Shown here one piece after another: positions 9,236-18,053 of a stretch of DNA of 64,000 nucleotides. The notes below the pieces were generated by a model. That model searched no databases. It was not told the DNA's origin and was given only the letters and a program-made list of their open reading frames with translations. Within the stretch, counting starts at the first letter, position 1. Each line of letters opens with the position of its first letter. The position numbers were made by a program, and so were the translations under genes. The DNA comes from Alphaproteobacteria bacterium (GTDB taxonomy: Bacteria > Pseudomonadota > Alphaproteobacteria > UBA828 > JAPUJA01). Location: the NCBI GenBank assembly GCA_963694715.1, contig CAVOEB010000003.1, positions 7,673 through 71,672 of the forward strand. Reading direction: 5' to 3'.

Positions 9236-10194
9236 ACGACCTCGCGGTAAACGGCAAGGCGCTTGAGGTAGCGCTCGTAGTTCATGTCGGAATAGATGCG
9301 CCAGTCGAAATCGACCGAGCGGGGCGTGACCTCGGCCATGAAGCTCCAGGTCATCTCGCGCAAGCAGGCGATTACGACCTGGGCCTCGAAGCGGCGGCGC
9401 AGCTCGTCGGTCATGGGCGCCTCGTAATAGCTTTCGAGCACGAGCCGGGTTTCCTCGGGCGTGGTATCGACGACCATGCCGATCATGCCGAGGTCGAACA
9501 GATCTGCGGAATAGCCGGCATACTCCCAGTCGATCAGCCACAGCTTCTCGCCGTCGTCGATGAAATTCTGGGGCTGGATGTCGTTGTGGGAAAAGACGAC
9601 GCGGACCCGCCCGGTCACCTCTTCGAGCTCGTCGATCAGATCGAGCAGGCCGAGATAAACGTCGCGCCACTTCTTGGCCATGACGTCGCCGAAGCCCTGG
9701 CCCTGGCGGATGTACCAGCGGCTGTGGTGGAACGGCCAGAACATGAAGTTGTTGCCGCCGAGATGGCGATGGGCGTTGTCGTGAACATAGCGCAATAGCC
9801 TGGTGATGCGCGGCAGGTAGTGATCGGAGCGCGCATCTGCCGGGGCCAGCACCTTGCCCTCGACGAAGGCGGCGACGATAAGGCCTTCCTCGGTGTAGAC
9901 AACTTCGGGCGCGGCGCCGATGGCCGCCGCAGCGCGATAGGCGTTGGCCTCGTTTTCGCGGTAGACGCCGATATGGGGCTCGTCCTCGCCGCAGCGGATG
10001 GCGTATTTCCGCCCCGCATCTTCGACGGTCAGGTTGAGGTTGCTCACGCCGCCGGGCTGCACCGCCGGCTCGACCGGCCCCGACCAGATGGGCAGCGCCT
10101 TCGCGCGCTCGATCGCCGCACGCGCGAGTTCGCCATGGCCCTCGGCGCCTTTGATCATGGCGAAGACGTCGTCGAACTGTTCCGTATCGGCCAT
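9232..10194 (-). CDS. APH / choline-ethanolamine-kinase-like phosphotransferase (paralog 1 of 4)
   Basis: 320 aa. Brenner-type HNDIQPQN catalytic loop and IDWEYAG (DxD) motif. 45-50% similar by eye to 27234-28196. Confidence 0.7.
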   Translation of the reverse strand: MADTEQFDDVFAMIKGAEGHGELARAAIERAKALPIWSGPVEPAVQPGGVSNLNLTVEDAGRKYAIRCGEDEPHIGVYRENEANAYRAAAAIGAAPEVVYTEEGLIVAAFVEGKVLAPADARSDHYLPRITRLLRYVHDNAHRHLGGNNFMFWPFHHSRWYIRQGQGFGDVMAKKWRDVYLGLLDLIDELEEVTGRVRVVFSHNDIQPQNFIDDGEKLWLIDWEYAGYSADLFDLGMIGMVVDTTPEETRLVLESYYEAPMTDELRRRFEAQVVIACLREMTWSFMAEVTPRSVDFDWRIYSDMNYERYLKRLAVYREVV

Positions 10195-10227
10195 GTCTAC
10201 GTACCTCCGCCCAACTTTAAGCGCGGC

Positions 10228-11622
10228 CTAGGCCGCCTGCAGGCCGTTGGTCTCGACCCAGGCGGCGGTGGCGTCGAGGCCCACGGTGAAGCGGCGGACC
10301 ATCTCGTCGATTTGTTCGTCCGTGATGATCAGGGGCGGCGAGAAGGCGAAGGTATCGCTGGCCGCGCCCAATCGGGTGATCAGACCCAGCTCGAGCAGCT
10401 GTTCCGTGGCAAATTTCTTGACCCCGTGGCCGGGGTCAAACTGGCGCCGGGTAGCCTTGTCGGCGACGATTTCGACGCCTGCCATCAATCCGACGCCGCG
10501 CACGTCGCCGACCAGCGGGTGATCGGCCAGCGCGCGCAAGCCCTCCTGCAGGCGGGGTCCGACACGGCGCACATGGCCGAGGATATCGCGCTCCTCCATC
10601 AGCTCGACGACGCGGGTCGCGACCGCGACCGCGACCGGGTGGCCCGAGGTGGTAAAGGCGTGGGCGAACAGGCCCTGCTTGCGGCTTTGCTCGACCATCG
10701 CCTCCCAAATTTCCTCGCAGATCAGCAGCGCCGCGATGGGCTGATACGCCGACGACAGGCCCTTGGCCGTGGTCATCATGTGCGGCTTGATGGCGTAGGT
10801 ATCGCAGCCGAACATGTTGCCCGTCCGGCCGAAACCGCAGATCACCTCGTCGGCCAGCATGAGCACGTCGTAGCGCTCGAGCACCGCCTGGATCTTCTCG
10901 AAATAGGTCGCGGGCGGGGTGATTACGCCGCCCGCGCCCATCACCGGCTCGGCGATGAACGCGGCGATGGTATCAGGCCCTTCGGCCAGGATCATCTCTT
11001 CGAGCGCGTCGGCCATGCGGGTTGCGAACTCTTCTTCGCTCTCGCCGGGTTCCCCGCGGCGGTAGTAATAGGGGTTCTCCGTATGGAGGATGTTGGGGAT
11101 AGGCAGGTCGAAACCGGCGTGCATGACCGGGATGCCCGTGAGGCTGCCGGCACCGATGGTCAGGCCATGAAAGCCGTTGATCCGCGAGATAATTTTCTTC
11201 TTCTCGGGCCGGCCCAGAGCGTTGTTGTAGTACCAGACGAGCTTGGCCATGGTGTCGTTGGCTTCCGAGCCCGAATTGACGAACAGCACCCGGGCCATGG
11301 GCGCGGGCGCGATGGCCTTCAGCTTTTCCGCGAGGATGCCGACGGGCTCGATCGTCTTGTCGACGAAGGAGTGGTACCAGGGCAGCTTGCGGAACTGCTT
11401 GATCGCAGCCTCGATCAGCTCCTCCTCGCCGAAGCCCAGGGATGCGCACCACATGCCCGATGCGCCTTCCATATATTCCTTGCCGTTATCGTCGTAGACG
11501 TAGATGCCCTTGCCGTGAGTGATCATGGTCGGCGGGTCATCGGGCAGGGTGGCTAGGTTCGAAAACGGGTGGACGACCGATTCCAGATCGCGCGCAATGG
11601 TTGAGTTGGGCTTCGCAGTCAC
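10228..11622 (-). CDS. Class-III (omega) aminotransferase-fold PLP enzyme
   Basis: 464 aa. SGSEANDTMAKL, ADEVICGFGRTG, TTAKGLSS (PLP lysine region). Transaminase or phospho-lyase activity cannot be distinguished from sequence alone. Confidence 0.8.
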   Translation of the reverse strand: MTAKPNSTIARDLESVVHPFSNLATLPDDPPTMITHGKGIYVYDDNGKEYMEGASGMWCASLGFGEEELIEAAIKQFRKLPWYHSFVDKTIEPVGILAEKLKAIAPAPMARVLFVNSGSEANDTMAKLVWYYNNALGRPEKKKIISRINGFHGLTIGAGSLTGIPVMHAGFDLPIPNILHTENPYYYRRGEPGESEEEFATRMADALEEMILAEGPDTIAAFIAEPVMGAGGVITPPATYFEKIQAVLERYDVLMLADEVICGFGRTGNMFGCDTYAIKPHMMTTAKGLSSAYQPIAALLICEEIWEAMVEQSRKQGLFAHAFTTSGHPVAVAVATRVVELMEERDILGHVRRVGPRLQEGLRALADHPLVGDVRGVGLMAGVEIVADKATRRQFDPGHGVKKFATEQLLELGLITRLGAASDTFAFSPPLIITDEQIDEMVRRFTVGLDATAAWVETNGLQAA

Positions 11623-12971
11623 GATGCTGCCTCCTGGAGACCCTCGTCCTTCATGGCCCGAAGGCCCGTGAGCCAGGCCTCGGTGGTCTGGTCGAATTCG
11701 GCCTCGCCCATGGGGGTCGACGCGCAGGAGAGGTGGATGCTGTAAAACACGCCGTTGTTTAGCAGATGGAAGAACATGCGCTCTTCGCGCGCGCGGGCGG
11801 CATCGCTCTCGGCCATGAAGGCCTTGCGGTAGCTACCCAGCGGCTCGTCACTCATATAGGGCTTCATCAGCGATCCCTCGCCCATCATCTGGCCCGGCAT
11901 GCCTGCGATCTCGAAGGCCTCATTGATCTGATTCCGCAGGCGCTGAGTCTTGGCGTCGAGCTCGTCGATCACGCCTTGCGTCAGCATCCGCATGGCGGTG
12001 ATACCTGCGGCCATGGTCAGCGGGTTGGCCGTAAACGTTCCCGAATGGGGAAGGGCCGCCTTGCCTTTGCTGCAATCGAAGACCTGCATGAACTCCGTCC
12101 GACCGCAGATGGCGCCTATGGGCAGACCGCCGCCGATGATCTTGCCGAGTGTCGTGATGTCGGGGTCGAGACCGTAAAGCATCTGAGCGCCGCCCTCGTG
12201 CAGGCGATAGGTCACGACCTCGTCGCAAATCAAAAGCGCTCCAATCTTGCGGGTAACCTTGCGCAGCATTTCCATATAATCCCTGGTAGCGGGCACGCCG
12301 CCGCAGCCCGAGGGCACGATGTCCAACATGACACCGGCCAGTGAGTCCGCATGGGCCTCTAGGATGCGTTGGCTGTTTTCCACGTCGTTGAACGGGATCA
12401 CGACGACGTCGCGCAGCATACCTTCGGGCTCGCCCTTAGCGAAGCCGATGGGTACCGGATCGTTTGATCCCCAATTCTGGGGATCGGGATCGAGGCTTAC
12501 TTCGGCATAGTCGTAGGACCCATGGTAGACGCCTTCGCATTTCGCAATCTTGGGCCGGCCTGTGTAGGCGCGGGCCGCCTTGATGGCGTTCATCACCGCT
12601 TCGGTGCCGGAATTAGCAAAGCGCACCTTTTCGATCGATTCGGTCCGCGAACAGAGGATCTCGGCGAGTTCGATTTCGAGCTCGGTGGGCATGGTGAAAC
12701 AGATCGCCTTATCGACCTGGGCTTTCACCGCCGCGACGATCTTGGGATGGCAATGGCCGTGGATCTGCACCGTGTAGTTGTTGACGAAGTCGATCCGCTC
12801 ATTGCCGTCGACATCAGTGATCCGGCAGCCGTGGGCTTTCGCTGCGAAGACCGGATAGGGGGAATAGAAATTCAAATGTCGGGTGCTGCCGCCGGGGAGG
12901 GATTCGCAGGCGCGCTGCCATAGTTTATGGGATTGAGAGTCGAAGTCGGGGTATGTGGTGTGGTCTGCCAT
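11619..12971 (-). CDS. Class-III aminotransferase-fold PLP enzyme (glutamate-1-semialdehyde aminomutase-like subgroup)
   Basis: Start MADHTTYPDFD. NSGTEAVMNAIKAARAYTGR, CDEVVT, TLGKIIGGGLP. ATG overlaps the TGA of the upstream SDR gene (translational coupling). The track ORF extension to 13265 was rejected. Confidence 0.75.
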   Translation of the reverse strand: MADHTTYPDFDSQSHKLWQRACESLPGGSTRHLNFYSPYPVFAAKAHGCRITDVDGNERIDFVNNYTVQIHGHCHPKIVAAVKAQVDKAICFTMPTELEIELAEILCSRTESIEKVRFANSGTEAVMNAIKAARAYTGRPKIAKCEGVYHGSYDYAEVSLDPDPQNWGSNDPVPIGFAKGEPEGMLRDVVVIPFNDVENSQRILEAHADSLAGVMLDIVPSGCGGVPATRDYMEMLRKVTRKIGALLICDEVVTYRLHEGGAQMLYGLDPDITTLGKIIGGGLPIGAICGRTEFMQVFDCSKGKAALPHSGTFTANPLTMAAGITAMRMLTQGVIDELDAKTQRLRNQINEAFEIAGMPGQMMGEGSLMKPYMSDEPLGSYRKAFMAESDAARAREERMFFHLLNNGVFYSIHLSCASTPMGEAEFDQTTEAWLTGLRAMKDEGLQEAAS

Positions 12972-13801
12972 CAGGCTTCCTCGTCCATGATAAAGCTCCG
13001 CCCAGCGGCCGCGCCGCCGTCGACCGAGCAGATTGTCCCATGAAGGAATTTCGCCGCATCGGACGCGAGATACATCACCGTATGCGCGATCTCGACGGGC
13101 TGGCCGTGGCGTTTCATGGGGATGGTGGAGGCTACCGCGGCCATCATCTCTTCGCGGGGCATGTCCGAATCGCCATAGCCCGCGTCCTGCATGGGCGTGT
13201 CGATGTCGCCCGGGCAGATCACGTTGACCCGGATATTCTGGTCCGCGGTTTCGAGCGCCATGCATTTGGTCATGTGGATCACTGCTGCCTTCGTGGTGCC
13301 GTAAGTGGACATCCCGGCGTAGCCCTGAAGGCCCGCGTCAGAGCCCATGTTGACGATCGAGCCCGAGCCCTGCTTGAGCATCTGGCGCACGGAGGCGCGC
13401 GCCATGTAGTAGCTGCCGAATAGGTTGATTCGCATGACCCGTTCGAAATCCTCGTCGCTAGTGTCGACCATCGCCGTAGTCACCACGATGCCGGCGTTAT
13501 TGAACAGGATATCGACCCGGCCGAAGGCGGCCACGGTGTCGGCCACGACTTTGTCGCAGGTTGCCGATTGGGAGACGTCGGCCAAGATCAGCGCGGCGGT
13601 GCCGCCGGCGGCCTCGATCTCGGCTTTCAGCGCTTCGCCGCGCTCGGCGTTGCGCCCGATGAGTGCGACGGACGCGCCGTGGGCGGCGAACTGGCGGGCG
13701 GTCTCAGCGCCCAGGCCCGAGGTGGCGCCAGTGATCAGCGCGACCTTGTCGGCGAAGGCGTCGGGCTTGAAGATATCTTCCATGATCGTGGTCTCCCCCA
13801 T
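12971..13801 (-). CDS. SDR-family oxidoreductase
   Basis: KVALITGATSGLGAETA, NNAG, YGTTKAAV motifs. The start may be the internal MEDIF (13783). Confidence 0.75.
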   Translation of the reverse strand: MGETTIMEDIFKPDAFADKVALITGATSGLGAETARQFAAHGASVALIGRNAERGEALKAEIEAAGGTAALILADVSQSATCDKVVADTVAAFGRVDILFNNAGIVVTTAMVDTSDEDFERVMRINLFGSYYMARASVRQMLKQGSGSIVNMGSDAGLQGYAGMSTYGTTKAAVIHMTKCMALETADQNIRVNVICPGDIDTPMQDAGYGDSDMPREEMMAAVASTIPMKRHGQPVEIAHTVMYLASDAAKFLHGTICSVDGGAAAGRSFIMDEEA

Positions 13802-13806
13802 GGTGG

Positions 13807-15126
13807 TCAGTAAGGCTTGCCGGCAGCGAAGCGGTCCTTAAAATCGATCCAGCCGATCATCGCCGGCAGGAACCAGGGATCGCCCGAATAGAGCGGCCAG
13901 GTTGGGAAGCCCAGGTTCCAGAACGCGGTCTCGGGCGCCCGGCCGGCAAGCACGCCGTTCGCGATTGTCTTGCCGAAATGGGTCCCCAGCACTATGCCGC
14001 CGTCCGCGAAGCCGGCAGCATAGTGCACACCGTCGCGAGTCTTGCCTATATGGGGCAGCTTGTCGAAGGGAAAGCCCATCATTCCGGTCCAGCAATGGGA
14101 AACTCGTGTGCCCGCAAGGCGCGGGTAGACCATGGTCATGATCTCGTAGAGCCGCCGTGCCGTGACCCGCTGGTCGCCGTCCTAGCGCCCGGTACGGGCG
14201 CCGAAAATCAGCACCCTGTCGTCGGGCGAGGGGCGATCCCAGAAGATATTTTCTTGGAATCGCGCATCGTCCGCAGCATCGGCTTGATCGCCTTCATGGT
14301 CTCGGCATCCATCGGTTCGGTCGCTATCTGGTGCCGCGGGCACGGGCACGATGCGTCGGCGAACCCACGGCGCGAAAGCAGTCTCGCGAGTATAGCCGTT
14401 GGTGCAGATCACCACGTCGCGCGCGCGTATGGTGCAATGACGGGTGATGACCGTAAAGCCGTCGCTTTCAGGGCTGATTGCGGTGACCGGCGCGTGGCCG
14501 ACGACCTGGACCCCGGCGTTCCGCGCGCGGGACAGCGTGGCCTGGTGGTAGAGGCCCGGGTGGACCATGCCGTTGCCGTCGATGGCCAGCGCGCCGTGCC
14601 AATAGTCGGACTCGACCTCCTTGTGCATTTCCGATTTCGGGCACATCCAGAATTCGAGATCGGGCGCAATTTTCTTTATCTCGCCGTATTCCTTCGCCAG
14701 CCCCTCGTAGTGGCCGGGCGAGCAGGCTCCGGTGAAACGGGCGTTAAAGCGCTGGCTAACCTGCATCTATTCGGCCTCGAGCATGGCGAGAAAGGAGCTG
14801 TTTGCACCGCCCGCCTCGTTCCACATGGCCAACGCCGCCTCGCGGCCGAATTTGGCTTCGAGCTTGCTGAAGGGGTAATGCAGATAGCGTCCGATATGGC
14901 CCGCGTTGCGCGTACTTGCCCCAAAACCCGGCTCATAGGCGTCGAGCACGAGCGTCGAGCGTCAGGCGCGCGCGGTCTCGATCGCGCAATGCAGGCCTGT
15001 ATAGCCCGAGCCGACGACGAGCACGTCGACCGATGCGGGCAGGGTTGAGGGCTCGACGCCGCCGCGCGGTGCGGCCTCTCACCAGAAGGGCGTGGTCTTG
15101 AAATCGTCCGTGAGGATATCGGCCAT
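13807..15126 (-). pseudogene. PuuB/DAO-like FAD-dependent oxidoreductase, decayed paralog with at least 3 in-frame stop codons
   Basis: Collinear with the intact paralogs at 15145-16473 and 16684-18024: MADILTDDFKTTPFW*...VDVLVVGSGYTGLHCAIETARA*RSTLVLDAYEPGFGASTRNAGHIGRYLHYPF...RTGR*DGDQRVTARRLYEIMTMVYPRLAG...GFPTWPLYSGDPWFLPAMIGW. The stops are TGA, TGA and TAG at positions where the intact copies have W, G/R and H. No frameshift is needed. Confidence 0.65.
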
Positions 15127-15144
15127 TTGTGTTCGCCCTGTTCG

Positions 15145-16473
15145 TTATGCAGCGCGCCGCGTGGTCAGGCGGTCGCGAATATCGACCCAGGCGATATAGG
15201 CGGGCAGCCACCAGGGGTTGCCGTTATAGAACGGCCAGGTGGGAAAGCCCGGGTTCCACCAGGCGGTCTCGCCTTCGGGGTTTTCGACCACGCGGTGGCC
15301 GATCTTCTGGCCGAGCCAGGTCCCCATGGGCAGGCCCGAGCCGCAAAAGCCCGTGGCGTACCAGACCCCGTCCGGGGTTTGGCCGATATGGGGCTGGTGG
15401 TCGAAGGTAAAGCCCATGATGCCGCGCCAGACCCGGGCGATGCGCGCGTCTTCGGTCTGGGGAAAGATGCGGCTCATGAGGGTGTGGAGCTTCTGCGCCG
15501 TGATCCGCAAATCGCCGTCGTCATGCCCGGTGCGCGCGCCGAACACGAGGCGCTGATCGTCGGGCGTCGGGCGGCACCAGATGATGTTGGTCCGGGAATC
15601 GAGCATCGCGCGGCCTTTGGGCAGGACCTCAGCCATCACCGCCTCGGGCAGCGGTTCGGTGACGATTTGGTGGGCGGCGATGGGCACGACCCGGTTACGC
15701 ACCCAGGGCATGGCCGCGTGCTGGTCGCTCGAATAGCCGTTGGTGCAGATCACCACATCGCGCGCGCGGATCGCATGATGGCGGGTCGTGACCGTAAAGC
15801 CGCCACCGGGTCCGGGCGCGATGTCGAGCACCGGCGTACGGCCCTCGATGCGCGCGCCGGCCCGCTCGGCCGCGTCGATCAGCGCATCATGATAAAGCCC
15901 GGGATGGAGCGTGCCGTGCTCTTCGAGGACCAGCCCGCCATGCCAGTAATCGCTGCCGATTTCCTCGCGCTGGCGGTTTGCCGGACAGAGCGAGTAGGCG
16001 AAGGGCACGCGCCTGGCCACGGCCTCGGCGTTGCGCGCGAGCTCTTCGTAATGGGCAGGCGTGCAGGCGGCGGTAAAGCGGCCACGATACTGCTTGCCGA
16101 CTTCCATCTGCTCTTGCTCGATCAGGTCGAGCACGGCGAAATGAGCATCGCCCGCCTCGCGCCACATGGCCTCGGCCCGCTCCGGCCCGTGGCAGGCTTC
16201 GAGCCCGGCGAGCGGGATGTGGGGAAAGCGCCCGATATAGCCGGCGAGCCGGGTGCTCGCGCCCGCGCCCGGGTCTTGCGCGTCGAGCACGAGGGTCCCG
16301 CGCCCCGCCGCGGCGGTAATCCGCGCGCAGTTGAGCCCGGCAAAGCCGGCGCCGACCACGAGCACGTCGACGGCGTTGGGCAGCGGCGTTACGCGCTCGG
16401 GCTCGCGCCGGGGTGCGGCGGTCCACCACCAGGGGTCGGTTGAAAAGTCGTCGGTAAACATCGCGCCCCTCAT
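15145..16473 (-). CDS. FAD-dependent oxidoreductase (DAO / gamma-glutamylputrescine-oxidase-like)
   Basis: 442 aa. VDVLVVGAGFAGLNCA dinucleotide-binding motif, then a DAO-family C-terminus. Confidence 0.75.
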   Translation of the reverse strand: MRGAMFTDDFSTDPWWWTAAPRREPERVTPLPNAVDVLVVGAGFAGLNCARITAAAGRGTLVLDAQDPGAGASTRLAGYIGRFPHIPLAGLEACHGPERAEAMWREAGDAHFAVLDLIEQEQMEVGKQYRGRFTAACTPAHYEELARNAEAVARRVPFAYSLCPANRQREEIGSDYWHGGLVLEEHGTLHPGLYHDALIDAAERAGARIEGRTPVLDIAPGPGGGFTVTTRHHAIRARDVVICTNGYSSDQHAAMPWVRNRVVPIAAHQIVTEPLPEAVMAEVLPKGRAMLDSRTNIIWCRPTPDDQRLVFGARTGHDDGDLRITAQKLHTLMSRIFPQTEDARIARVWRGIMGFTFDHQPHIGQTPDGVWYATGFCGSGLPMGTWLGQKIGHRVVENPEGETAWWNPGFPTWPFYNGNPWWLPAYIAWVDIRDRLTTRRAA

Positions 16474-16489
16474 TACGTGCCCCGTGATT

Positions 16490-16680
16490 GCTCTAAAGCG
16501 TCATCGGTTTCGCGATTTTTGACGTGCTCAAGCGCCGCGCAGGCTCTCGCCGCCGGTCTTGCCGCGGGCCGGCCGCCCTGAGCCAACCCCGGCCCGGCGG
16601 CCCCACGAATCTGATCTATTAGCCGCGTCCGCGGCCGGCGCGGGCTTGCGAAATTCGGGTGATGTGCCATCACCGAATTT
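16490..16680. repeat. Intergenic repeat element (full copy) with three conserved modules
   Basis: gcgcaggctctcgccgccgg at about 16535-16555; ggccgccctgagccaaccccggccc at 16571-16595; gcgggcttgcgaaattcggg at about 16646-16662. All three modules recur at 36361-36466 and 40045-40143. Confidence 0.5.
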
Positions 16681-16683
16681 CTC

Positions 16684-18024
16684 TTAGCCGCTGCGCACGA
16701 TATGGCCGCTGCTGCCGCGGCGGTCGTTGAAGTCGGTCCAGTGGATATAGGCGGGCAGCCACCAGGGATTGCCGTTGTAGAACGGCCAAGTCGGAAAGCC
16801 GTGGTTCCACCACTCGGTCTCGCCTTCGGGGTTTCCGACCAGCTTGTGGCCGACCTTCTGGCCGAAATAGGTCCCGAGCGGCAGGCCCGAGCCGCAAAAG
16901 CCGGTGGCGAAATAAACCCCGTCCCGGGTCTGGCCGATATGGGGCAGGTGGTCGAACGAGAAGCCCATCACGCCGCGCCAGACATGGGAAATCCGCGTCT
17001 CCTTGAGCTGGGGATAGACCATGACCATGAGGTCGCGGAGCTTGCTTGCGGTGATCCGCAGGTCGCCGTCGTCGTGGCCCGTGCGGGCCCCGAAGATGAT
17101 CCGCTTGTCGTCGGGTGTGGGCCGGTCCCAGAAGATATTGGTCTTGGAATCGAGCACCGCCCGGCCGCTCGGCTTGACGTCCTTCATGAGCGTATCCGAG
17201 ATCACGTCGGTACAAATTTGGTGGGCGTAGATCGGTACGATGCGGTTGCGCACCCAAGGCACGGCCGAGGGCTGGTTGTTCGAATAGCCGTTGGTGCAGA
17301 TCACCACGTCACGCGCCTTGATCGTGTGGTGGCGGGTCGTGACCGTAAAGCCGCCGCCGGGCTCGGGCGCTATGTTGAGCACGGGAGTGCGGCCTTCGAT
17401 GCGCGCGCCGGCGCGGATCGCGGCGTCCATCAGACCCTGGTGATAGAGGCCCGGGTGGAGGGTGCCGTGCTCGTGCAGGATCATGCCGCCGTGCCAGAAG
17501 TCGGTGCCGACCTCCTTGTGCTGTTCCGAGGCCGGGCACATGGAGTACTCGAAGGGCACGTTCTTGTTGATGTATTCGGCGTTCGCGCCCATGGCCTCGT
17601 AATGGGCGGGCGAACAGGCGCCGGTGAAGCGCCCGCGATAGAGCTTGCCGACGTCCATCTGCTCTTTTTCAATGAGGTCGAGCAGGACCCACTGGGCGTC
17701 GCCCGATTCCTTCCACAACCGGTGGGCCTTCTCCTTGCCGACCTTAGATTCGAGCTTCTGGATCGAGTAATGGAGGAAGCGACCGATATAGCCGGCGAGC
17801 CGGTTGCTGGCACCGAAGCCCGCGGGACCGGCATCGACGACCAGCGTGCCGCGCCCGGCGGCGGCGGTGATCCGCGCGCAGTTAAGGCCCGCGAAGCCCG
17901 AGCCCACGACTAGCACGTCGACTTCGGCGGGGAGCGGGGTTGCCCGCTCGGACTCGGGGCGGGGCGCCCATTCCCACCACCAGGGATCGGTCTTGAAGTC
18001 GTCGGTGAAGATCTCCGTGCTCAT
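16684..18024 (-). CDS. FAD-dependent oxidoreductase (DAO/PuuB-like), close paralog of 15145-16473
   Basis: 446 aa. Highly similar N-terminus (VDVLVVGSGFAGLNCARITAAAGRGTLVVDA) and C-terminus (GFPTWPFYNGNPWWLPAYI). Confidence 0.75.
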   Translation of the reverse strand: MSTEIFTDDFKTDPWWWEWAPRPESERATPLPAEVDVLVVGSGFAGLNCARITAAAGRGTLVVDAGPAGFGASNRLAGYIGRFLHYSIQKLESKVGKEKAHRLWKESGDAQWVLLDLIEKEQMDVGKLYRGRFTGACSPAHYEAMGANAEYINKNVPFEYSMCPASEQHKEVGTDFWHGGMILHEHGTLHPGLYHQGLMDAAIRAGARIEGRTPVLNIAPEPGGGFTVTTRHHTIKARDVVICTNGYSNNQPSAVPWVRNRIVPIYAHQICTDVISDTLMKDVKPSGRAVLDSKTNIFWDRPTPDDKRIIFGARTGHDDGDLRITASKLRDLMVMVYPQLKETRISHVWRGVMGFSFDHLPHIGQTRDGVYFATGFCGSGLPLGTYFGQKVGHKLVGNPEGETEWWNHGFPTWPFYNGNPWWLPAYIHWTDFNDRRGSSGHIVRSG

Positions 18025-18053
18025 GGCGCGCTCCCTGTCCCTTGGCGGCGGGG

